From IMG/VR virus record IMGVR_UViG_3300040807_000340: DNA of 33,480 bases; one strand, written 5' to 3'. This stretch comes from a virus. The first letter of the stretch is position 1. The number at the start of each line of letters is the position of its first letter. Below are positions 25,741 through 32,048 of the stretch, in pieces. The translations under genes and the position numbers were made by a program. Below the pieces are notes generated by a model. That model did not search any database. It worked only from the letters and a program-made list of their open reading frames with translations, and was not told the origin of the DNA.

Positions 25741-25939
25741 GGCAATTGTATTGGCGTGTCTTATTGCTGATCCATCGCAGTGCATAGAATTTCACGATCA
25801 CAAAGGCCCAGTTTGGGAAACAAAAGAACAGTGCCGGGAGAGGGCGCTAGACATTGCCCGACAAATACCCGATGTCTACCCTGATCTAATCGCCACACAA
25901 TGGCGCTGTGCGCCCCTGCCAAAGGGGAGGCTGATATAG
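25733..25939 (+). CDS. Small secreted/lipoprotein-like Cys-containing protein (o-spanin-like candidate)
   Basis: MFKAIVLAC has a lipobox-like VLAC (GTG 25724 would give MKTMFKAIVLAC). The predicted mature part is 60 aa after Cys9 (ATG 25733 start). It overlaps the next ORF by 40 nt. Confidence 0.5.
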   Translation: MFKAIVLACLIADPSQCIEFHDHKGPVWETKEQCRERALDIARQIPDVYPDLIATQWRCAPLPKGRLI

Positions 25940-26409
25940 ACCCGATTACTATAAGCGCGGCCATCAGCGGGGCCACAGCGGCGTTTAACACTATAAAGCA
26001 AATGTGTGAAGCCCGGCGTGATCTCGAAAGCTGTATTAATGATGTGTCACGTTGGATGAAATGCGCCAGTGATATTGATCAGGCGGCCAAGCAGGCGAAA
26101 AACCCGCCGCTGTTTAAAAAAATTATGTCGGGTGACAGTGTTGAGGCCGAAGCGCTCAACGTATATGCGGCACAAAAGCGGTTGCAAGCGCAGCGCCAAG
26201 AGTTAAGAACTTTTTTAAATATGTCGTATGGCCCGCAGGCATGGGCAGATCTAATACAGTTAGAGGGTCGCATCCGGCGAGAACGTCAGGAAATGATTTA
26301 CAAGCAGCAGGAGATGAGGCAAAAACTTATTGAGATCGTTGGCTCAGTTTTGCTGGGTTTGGCAACGGCTTCAGTGTTGTTATTCATTTTATGGTTGGCT
26401 ATTCGTTGA
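25900..26409 (+). CDS. Coiled-coil protein with a C-terminal transmembrane anchor (spanin-like candidate). The start is uncertain.
   Basis: Heptad-like QKRLQAQRQELRTF...RIRRERQEMIYKQQEMRQKLIEI is followed by the TM segment VGSVLLGLATASVLLFILWLAI. There is no N-terminal signal sequence and no SD before ATG 25900. Confidence 0.5.
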   Translation: MALCAPAKGEADIDPITISAAISGATAAFNTIKQMCEARRDLESCINDVSRWMKCASDIDQAAKQAKNPPLFKKIMSGDSVEAEALNVYAAQKRLQAQRQELRTFLNMSYGPQAWADLIQLEGRIRRERQEMIYKQQEMRQKLIEIVGSVLLGLATASVLLFILWLAIR

Positions 26410-26819
26410 GAGAAACCGCAACCGGCTTGATGGGTGAATTTATCGCGGCCAGCGCAGTAATGGCGCAAGGCTGGTCTGTGTCACTGTGTCAGCAAGACGG
26501 CCTAGATTTGGTCGCATTTAAGGATGACTGTTTTATTAGGATACAAGTCAAGACGGCCAACCTAACTAAGGCAACCCCCGGCAAATCCCGATGCTATCAT
26601 TTCAATTGCGGCAAGGGTTCGTCTGGCAAAAGAATTTTAAACGTAGGTGATTGTGATGTGTTGGCCTTGTGTAACCCCGATAGCAGGTTGGTATTGTGGA
26701 TGCCGATCCAACAGGTGTGCTTCAAAAGCAGGCGCGTGTCGCCGGATGCATTTACGCGCCGGGCTGAAATGGACACTTGGGATAGAACGATTGAAAAAAT
26801 TTTGGAGGCGCGGCGATGA
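26391..26819 (+). CDS. PD-(D/E)xK endonuclease (PDDEXK_5 / I-Ssp6803I-like, free-standing homing-endonuclease type)
   Basis: Pattern TGLMGEFIAASAVMAQGWSVSL....GLDLVAF.....IRIQVKT matches this family's G.E......G..VS...D-(L/I)....+QVKT core. Confidence 0.6.
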   Translation: MVGYSLRETATGLMGEFIAASAVMAQGWSVSLCQQDGLDLVAFKDDCFIRIQVKTANLTKATPGKSRCYHFNCGKGSSGKRILNVGDCDVLALCNPDSRLVLWMPIQQVCFKSRRVSPDAFTRRAEMDTWDRTIEKILEARR

Positions 26820-27265
26820 ATAAAGATCAACTGCGCGAAGAGTTAGCAGCCGATGAGGGCTGTAAGTTTGAAATATATTTAGATCATCTTGGACTGCCAA
26901 CCTTTGGCATTGGTCACTTGATAGTTGAGGCTGACCCCGAATGCGGTCTGCCGGTCGGCACGCCGGTGTCAGAAGAGCGCGTGCGGCAAGCGTTTAACCT
27001 AGATGTCATTGTGACGCTAGAAGATTGCGCCCGAATGTTTGATGATATGGACGGCCTTCCAGAAGAGGCACAATTGGTCATCGCAAACATGATGTTTAAT
27101 ATGGGTTACCCGCGCATGAGCAAATTTAAAAAAATGAAAGCGGCTTGTGATGCGCGTGATTGGAGTGAAATGGCAGACCAGATGGTTGACAGTCGGTGGC
27201 ATGACCAAGTGCCAAACCGTGCCAAGCGTCTGGTGAAACGTATTAGGGATTTGGCTAATGCTTAA
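26816..27265 (+). CDS. Endolysin, T4-type lysozyme (GH24)
   Basis: Catalytic E-x8-D-x5-T spacing in ADEGCKFEIYLDHLGLPTFGIGH. 149 aa. No SAR or signal sequence. Confidence 0.85.
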   Translation: MNKDQLREELAADEGCKFEIYLDHLGLPTFGIGHLIVEADPECGLPVGTPVSEERVRQAFNLDVIVTLEDCARMFDDMDGLPEEAQLVIANMMFNMGYPRMSKFKKMKAACDARDWSEMADQMVDSRWHDQVPNRAKRLVKRIRDLANA

Positions 27266-27644
27266 TTTATTGATAGGACCAATAGCAAACCTTGCGTCAA
27301 CTTGGCTGGAAGGCAAGGTCGAAACCAGCAAGGCGGCCGCTGCAACTAAAGTTGCACAAGCAAAGGCCGCCGCAACAATTGCAGAGAAGCAGGCCACCGG
27401 CGAAATAGATTGGGATTTAAAAATGGCTGATGCCACAGCCACAAGTTGGAAAGATGAATGGCTTACAATCTTGTTTAGCATACCATTAATATTGGCTTTT
27501 TGCGGAGATTGGGGCCGGGCTATTGTGGCTGATGGGTTCGCGGCGCTAGCTGATATGCCGGACTATTATCAATATACGCTTGGCACAATTGTGGCCGCCA
27601 GTTTTGGCATGAGATCGGCTAGCAAGTTTTTTGGCAAAAAGTAA
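27258..27644 (+). CDS. Holin-like membrane protein (resembles the GTA-type 3-TM holin family, DUF3154)
   Basis: It overlaps the endolysin stop by 8 nt. N-terminus MLNLLIGPIANL, an Ala/Lys-rich helix, then hydrophobic segments WLTILFSIPLILAF and YTLGTIVAASFG. Confidence 0.5.
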   Translation: MLNLLIGPIANLASTWLEGKVETSKAAAATKVAQAKAAATIAEKQATGEIDWDLKMADATATSWKDEWLTILFSIPLILAFCGDWGRAIVADGFAALADMPDYYQYTLGTIVAASFGMRSASKFFGKK

Positions 27645-27690
27645 GGGCGGCTTATGCCGCCCCGCCCTGTTTTGTTTTTGGTTTTTTTCT
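27645..27690. terminator. Bidirectional rho-independent terminator at the convergence of the late (+) and leftward (-) operons
   Basis: Stem GGGCGGC-ttat-GCCGCCC. It is followed by tgttttgtttttggttttttt on the + strand and by ttactttttg on the - strand. Confidence 0.75.
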
Positions 27691-27810
27691 GCCAATTAAC
27701 TTACTAAAGTTTACGTTCTTTGTTCGACAGGCCCGGCCTATTCGATCAACGTCTGGCGTTGCCTCTAAAATTTGAAGGTCTTTTTTGATTTGCTCTTTTG
27801 TTGGGACCAT
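27652..27810 (-). CDS. 52-aa hypothetical protein, last gene of the leftward operon, below the ORF-track cutoff
   Basis: Hand translation: MVPTKEQIKKDLQILEATPDVDRIGRACRTKNVNFSKLIGRKKPKTKQGGAA. The start shares a TAATG overlap with the upstream stop. The stop falls in the terminator loop. Confidence 0.4.
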   Translation of the reverse strand: MVPTKEQIKKDLQILEATPDVDRIGRACRTKNVNFSKLIGRKKPKTKQGGAA

Positions 27811-28031
27811 TACATTTCACCAACCAATTGAATTGAGCGGTGCTTGCCAAGCGATATCTTAATAACACCAGCCTCTATAAGGCGATCCAATTGTTTCCTG
27901 ACTGCGCCGCGTGAACGGCCAGCAATCTCCCCTATTTCCTCTTGTGATGGCGTCTGGCCGGTCTGTTGGTGGTATGCAACTATGGCATCATATATGCGCC
28001 GTGCAGCGGCGATCTCGCGTGGTCTGGGCAT
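27810..28031 (-). CDS. LexA N-terminal DNA-binding-domain-only protein (winged HTH, no S24 peptidase domain)
   Basis: Colinear with the LexA NTD: ..IYDAIVAYHQQTGQTPSQEEIGEIAGRSRGAVRKQLDRLIEAGVIKISLGKHRSIQLV versus the LexA pattern QTG.PP...EIA...G..S..A...HL..L...GVI.I..G..R.I.L. Confidence 0.75.
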   Translation of the reverse strand: MPRPREIAAARRIYDAIVAYHQQTGQTPSQEEIGEIAGRSRGAVRKQLDRLIEAGVIKISLGKHRSIQLVGEM

Positions 28032-28987
28032 TAGTTCAGTTCCTTTATGGTTAAAGTTTTTTGACGCATGAATGTCTCAGGCTTGGCCGGCACAAGGCGC
28101 TCCGGCTGTGCCTTAAAGCGGCGCTCCGGCCAAGTCACCTTAATCATCTGATTGCCGACAGTGCCGATGGCCTCTTTGTGTGACCCCATAATCTGCATGA
28201 TTGCGGCACTGGCCTCGTCAATGTCCTGCTCAGCCACGGCCTTATTGCGCTTGGCAACGACTAACTGGTTCAGCCAGTCACGCGCCTCTTGGCTGGCAAG
28301 TTCTATTGGCGGTGCGCCATCGTCCACCCGGCTGTATGCGGTTGCCGCATCTTCGGCGCTGACTGGCTCATACCAATCCTTGTTTTTGCGGCGTTGCTCA
28401 AAGTCATGCACGGCCTGCATGATGCGCGACTGCACCGCCGGATCAGCCTGATAGACAAACAGCCGCAGTTCAGAGCCGCGATAAAGCACGGCAACAACCC
28501 CCCACGCATATCCAGAACACATCATCTGTGCCTGCAATTGCAGCACGCCACGGTGTGGCGGTGGCTGATCTTCGGCCATCGCTTGTGTTGTCTTTGCTTC
28601 GAGGCAACCAAGGCCAGTGATGTTGACGCGGGATGCGCCGGGCGTATAGATGCCCCTGTTTAGATCCGCGATGATGTCACCCTTGCCACAGCCAACGCCA
28701 TCAAGTGACGCGGCAAGTGGCAGGTGATCGTGCTTGACCGCCTCATTAAAATCAAGTTCGACATTAGTCAGGCCCAACCGGGCAGCGGCCTCAGTCAGCA
28801 CAATGGGTTCCAGCCTATCTCCCCAAGCCATTAATTCGTTCTGAGGTATGCGCGTTGGCTCACCGCCCTCATCAATCCTGATCATCTCAGCAAGCAGATC
28901 ATTCTGCGTTTGATACGGTGACGCATTCAGCAGCACTGCCACACGGCTAGCTGACAGCATCCAATCTGGTGTAAGTTTTCCAACCAT
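28031..28987 (-). CDS. YqaJ-type (lambda-exonuclease-fold) phage exonuclease
   Basis: Motifs TPDWMLSASRVAVLLNASPYQT, ASLDG and LEAKT. The internal ATG 28987 (TAATG with the upstream stop) is preferred over the track start 29014. Confidence 0.75.
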   Translation of the reverse strand: MVGKLTPDWMLSASRVAVLLNASPYQTQNDLLAEMIRIDEGGEPTRIPQNELMAWGDRLEPIVLTEAAARLGLTNVELDFNEAVKHDHLPLAASLDGVGCGKGDIIADLNRGIYTPGASRVNITGLGCLEAKTTQAMAEDQPPPHRGVLQLQAQMMCSGYAWGVVAVLYRGSELRLFVYQADPAVQSRIMQAVHDFEQRRKNKDWYEPVSAEDAATAYSRVDDGAPPIELASQEARDWLNQLVVAKRNKAVAEQDIDEASAAIMQIMGSHKEAIGTVGNQMIKVTWPERRFKAQPERLVPAKPETFMRQKTLTIKELN

Positions 28988-29730
28988 TATACAGTCTCCT
29001 CTTTTTGGCCCCACGTTGGTGGGGTGTGGTTAGGCCCGTAAAAATCTTCGGGCATACGATTATGCTTTGCGCTGTTTTCTTTCCAAGTTATGACTTGCAA
29101 ATTCCACGGCACGTTTAGGCCACAAATTACATCGCCTTGTATTGGATAATAATGATCAACAGCGTGTGGCGTTCCTGTCGCCTCACTCAGTTGCATTGAC
29201 TTTTCATAAAATGGTGCAAGCAAATTTGTATCCAGCCAGTCTGGTGTTGCCTGCCTAATTCTGCGCCTGCGAAGCTGGGTTTTCACATTAGTGTTTTTGC
29301 GCCATTCTTCATCAACCCTGCGCCTATGCTTATCTCTTTTGTTTGCCCTTTCCCTGACATCTGGACGGGCCGCATATTCACGCGCTTTGCGTTTCATAAG
29401 TTTGTGTAGATCAGGGTTATTCAGCATTTCTTCTTTTTGTTTTTGCCAGCAGTCTTTCCAATAGTTTGGGTTTTCAGAAAGCTTTTCTTCATAATATTTT
29501 TTGCGGCGCTCCGCTTCTTTTTCGTAATTTTCATAATAGTAACGAAAAAGGGTTTGTTTTCTTTTGTCAGGATTTCGATCAATATATTCTTTTGATCGCT
29601 CTTTGCCACACTCAACACAATGATAGGTTTTGACATAGCGCTCACTTAGATGACCGCGTTTGCAGGGCTTGCCCGTGAAATAACGCGGCAGGCCTTCTTC
29701 AATAGCAGATTTCAATGTGATGATTTGCAT
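28987..29730 (-). CDS. HNH endonuclease (homing-endonuclease-like), visibly more AT-rich than its neighbours
   Basis: N-terminal zinc pattern GKPCKRGHLSERY....CVEC. Basic NP(D/E)-containing repeats. C-terminal HAVDHYYPIQGDVICGLNVPWNLQVITWKENSAKHN. Confidence 0.75.
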   Translation of the reverse strand: MQIITLKSAIEEGLPRYFTGKPCKRGHLSERYVKTYHCVECGKERSKEYIDRNPDKRKQTLFRYYYENYEKEAERRKKYYEEKLSENPNYWKDCWQKQKEEMLNNPDLHKLMKRKAREYAARPDVRERANKRDKHRRRVDEEWRKNTNVKTQLRRRRIRQATPDWLDTNLLAPFYEKSMQLSEATGTPHAVDHYYPIQGDVICGLNVPWNLQVITWKENSAKHNRMPEDFYGPNHTPPTWGQKEETV

Positions 29731-29731
29731 A

Positions 29732-29851
29732 TCACTGCCCCCCTAGTTTGACCATCAACGCCCACACGTTGTATTCGTCAGTGACGATGTTAGTAAAGCC
29801 AGCAATCGCCACAGTCATTAGAAACATTAACCCAAAAAATTCTTTGACCAT
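29732..29851 (-). CDS. 39-aa hydrophobic mini-protein (MVKEFFGLMFLMTVAIAGFTNIVTDEYNVWALMVKLGGQ), below the ORF-track cutoff
   Basis: A strong SD (GGAGGTCTAAAATG) spans the recombinase stop. The peptide's own stop TGA lies 1 nt before the HNH ATG. Confidence 0.5.
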   Translation of the reverse strand: MVKEFFGLMFLMTVAIAGFTNIVTDEYNVWALMVKLGGQ

Positions 29852-29852
29852 T

Positions 29853-30494
29853 TTAGACCTCCACTGCATTGATCAAGTTACGCACGCTGGTTGCGTGCCA
29901 CGCGCCACCCATAGCGGATGGTATGCCAGCCTCATTAAGCTTGCTGGCTACGGCCCGGAGTGACGCACCAGCGTCACGCAGGGCAGTAATGATTGGCATT
30001 GCCTTGCTGGCAACGCGCTGTGTCTTTTCGCGCCGTGCGGCACCTGATGCCAGACCGCCAGCGCGTGGGTTGGGACAGCCAAGCTTGATGCCACGCGCCT
30101 TGGCGGCTGCGAGGGCATCCTTAGTGCGCTTGCTGATTTCTTCGCGCTCATGCTGTGCGACAACGGCCCGGACGCCGAACTCTAATGTGCCAGCGTTGGG
30201 CATATCAGCGGCAACGATATCGACACCGGCCTTACGCAGTGTCAGCAAAAACGCGGCGTCACGCGACAGGCGGTCAATTTTGGCAATGAGGATGGACGCG
30301 CCAGTCTCGCGGCAAAGCGCGAGGGCGGCGTCAAGCTGTGGCCGGGCGTCAACCTTGCCACTCTCAACCTCAGTGAATGAATGGATGATGCCGTCAGCGT
30401 ATGGCGCAACCAGCGCCTGCTGGGCTTCGAGGCCAAGGCCGGATTGGCCTTGGCGCTTTGTGGACACACGATAGTAAGCAACGTATTTGGTCAT
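29853..30494 (-). CDS. Small serine recombinase (resolvase/invertase family, C-terminal HTH)
   Basis: Motifs YYRVSTKRQGQSGLGLEAQ (catalytic Ser), IAKIDRLSRD and VAQHEREEISKRTKDAL. 213 aa. Visibly more GC-rich than the flanking genes. Confidence 0.85.
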   Translation of the reverse strand: MTKYVAYYRVSTKRQGQSGLGLEAQQALVAPYADGIIHSFTEVESGKVDARPQLDAALALCRETGASILIAKIDRLSRDAAFLLTLRKAGVDIVAADMPNAGTLEFGVRAVVAQHEREEISKRTKDALAAAKARGIKLGCPNPRAGGLASGAARREKTQRVASKAMPIITALRDAGASLRAVASKLNEAGIPSAMGGAWHATSVRNLINAVEV

Positions 30495-30521
30495 ATCAAT
30501 CTCCCTTGTGGGGCGGGGCCG

Positions 30522-30743
30522 TTAGGCCGCCACCTTTTGTAATTTTTCTAAATGCCGATCTGCGGCCACACGCTCATGCGGCGCAACGTCCAAGCCAAGT
30601 CTTTCGCGGTGAAGAACATACATCCAAACATGCGAATCATATTCGGCGGTCACGCCATTAGCTTCCAACTCCTTGCCTGCCATTGCGTAATAGATGGCAA
30701 CCATCTCAATATAATTTTTTTGAACTTTAGTAAGTTTAGCCAT
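30522..30743 (-). CDS. Hypothetical 73-aa protein, first gene of the leftward operon
   Basis: SD agggagac lies upstream of the ATG. The ORF is in the track. No family is recognised. Confidence 0.55.
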   Translation of the reverse strand: MAKLTKVQKNYIEMVAIYYAMAGKELEANGVTAEYDSHVWMYVLHRERLGLDVAPHERVAADRHLEKLQKVAA

Positions 30744-30883
30744 TTGTTAGTCTCCCTGTTTGTAGCCAATAATGATTATATACACCCTATACCAGTGTGG
30801 TACAAGGGTGGCTGTCTATTATTTTTAACCAAAACGGCAAAAAACGAATTAAGTTACTGAAAACAAAGCGAAAGAAAATTTCA
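30744..30883. promoter_or_regulatory. Divergent control region with candidate leftward and rightward promoters
   Basis: Leftward: -35 TTGTAC (complement of 30800-30805), 17-nt spacer, -10 TATATA (30777-30782). Rightward, weaker: TTGTTA 30744-30749, 18-nt spacer, AATAAT 30768-30773. This is the only 140-nt non-coding gap between divergent operons. Confidence 0.45.
30783..30810. promoter_or_regulatory. Palindromic operator candidate CACCCTA-TACCA-GTG-TGGTA-CAAGGGTG
   Basis: Perfect 13-bp core TACCAGTGTGGTA (30790-30802) flanked by imperfect CACCCT/AGGGTG arms. It fills the spacer of the leftward promoter candidate. Confidence 0.5.
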
Positions 30884-31084
30884 ATGGCACCTACGACACA
30901 GGCACATTTCCGGCTTAGAAACACCACAATGGATAAACTGCGGCTGGCATTAGACGCATCAGCGCACAGATCTATGGCTGCGCTGGCCGATGACATTCTG
31001 GACAAGGCGCTAGATAAAATGCTTTCAGATGTTCCGGGATTTGACCCGGCTGATGCGCTGCGCGGGATTAAGCGTCATGGTTAA
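30884..31084 (+). CDS. Ribbon-helix-helix (Arc/CopG-like) transcriptional regulator, 66 aa
   Basis: Internal ATG 30884. Beta-strand AHFRLRN, then helices TTMDKLRLALDAS and RSMAALADDILDKALDKM. It is the first rightward gene. Confidence 0.6.
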   Translation: MAPTTQAHFRLRNTTMDKLRLALDASAHRSMAALADDILDKALDKMLSDVPGFDPADALRGIKRHG

Positions 31085-31508
31085 TAGTCGTAACAAGGGG
31101 GTTCGCGGAGAGATGGAAATCCGCGATATTTATTTGAAGGAACTTGGCCTAAATTTTAAACGTGATATTGAACAGTATAGATCCGCTGATCACGGTGATT
31201 TGATTTGCACCGATATGGATTTTCCATTTGTCACTGAGGTAAAGCTTCACGGCAAGGGCTATGGTGTACAGCCAGCGTGGTGGGATCAGGTGTGTGCCGC
31301 TGCCGAAGCCGATCACAAATTACCCTTGCTGGTATATCGCTATGATCGCCTGCCGTGGCGTTGGCGCTTCCCGGTGGCTGCAACAGTTGGCCTGATAGGT
31401 GAGCCAGCCGGTGACATTGCTGAACAGTATGATTGGAAATACGCAATTGAGTGCGACACGATGACGGCGATGATGATTATCAGGGAGCATTTGGCTGATG
31501 CTAGTTAA
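31077..31508 (+). CDS. PD-(D/E)xK Holliday-junction-resolvase-like nuclease (Hjc-type)
   Basis: Motifs NKGVRGEMEIRD, DHGDLI and FVTEVK. Internal ATG 31077 overlaps the RHH gene stop by 8 nt. Confidence 0.55.
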   Translation: MVNSRNKGVRGEMEIRDIYLKELGLNFKRDIEQYRSADHGDLICTDMDFPFVTEVKLHGKGYGVQPAWWDQVCAAAEADHKLPLLVYRYDRLPWRWRFPVAATVGLIGEPAGDIAEQYDWKYAIECDTMTAMMIIREHLADAS

Positions 31509-32001
31509 CCTCACTTATTCTGAAATATTGCTTGGCATTCACGTTGCCGGGCAGATGCAGGTGCAAAATTGGATGCAGGGCAGGCAGGCTAGGTATGGCG
31601 CTGTTAAAGATTTTGGTGGTGCCTTGGGCATTGCCGCGACTGGTGTGCTTGGTGAAATGGCGGTCGCAAAGGCACTAGATTTGTTTTGGATGGGCAACGT
31701 AGGCCAGCACGGCGTGACAGACGTTGGCGGTGATAATGGTGTTGATGTTAGAACCCGGACACAGTTAAATCATAACCTCATTCTGCATCAGGCTGACGAT
31801 GACAATAAAATATTTGTTGGCGCAATTGTTAATGAGCCAACTGAGGTGCGCCTCATTGGGTGGTGCTATGGCCATGAGGGAAAGCGCCAAGAGCATTGGC
31901 AGACGTTTACCGGCAGGCCGTGTTACTTTGTGCCAAATGAAAAATTACACCCTATTAAGGGGCTAAAAGATTTGCTGATTGCAAAGCGCATCAGTGAATA
32001 G
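31498..32001 (+). CDS. Conserved phage protein, possibly nuclease-fold (GEMAVAKAL ... DVGGDNGVDVRTRT)
   Basis: The ORF is in the track. The pattern recurs in phage early regions as I recall. The fold assignment is tentative. Confidence 0.4.
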   Translation: MLVNLTYSEILLGIHVAGQMQVQNWMQGRQARYGAVKDFGGALGIAATGVLGEMAVAKALDLFWMGNVGQHGVTDVGGDNGVDVRTRTQLNHNLILHQADDDNKIFVGAIVNEPTEVRLIGWCYGHEGKRQEHWQTFTGRPCYFVPNEKLHPIKGLKDLLIAKRISE

Positions 32002-32048
32002 AGCGGTCCATAAGGGCCAAACATTGTTCTAAAGTTAAGGAGTTAAAA

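Noticed and set aside
29017-29026. Second copy of the iteron-like 10-mer GGTGGGGTGT (also at 1270-1279) at the HNH/YqaJ junction
   Set aside because: It lies inside coding sequence (..HTPPTWGQ..). A single 10-mer recurrence in 33 kb on either strand is not clearly above chance.
29869-30474. 201-aa plus-strand ORF
   Set aside because: It is the mirror frame of the GC-rich serine recombinase gene, which has unmistakable catalytic motifs on the minus strand. The plus-strand translation is Ala/Arg/Ser-rich nonsense.
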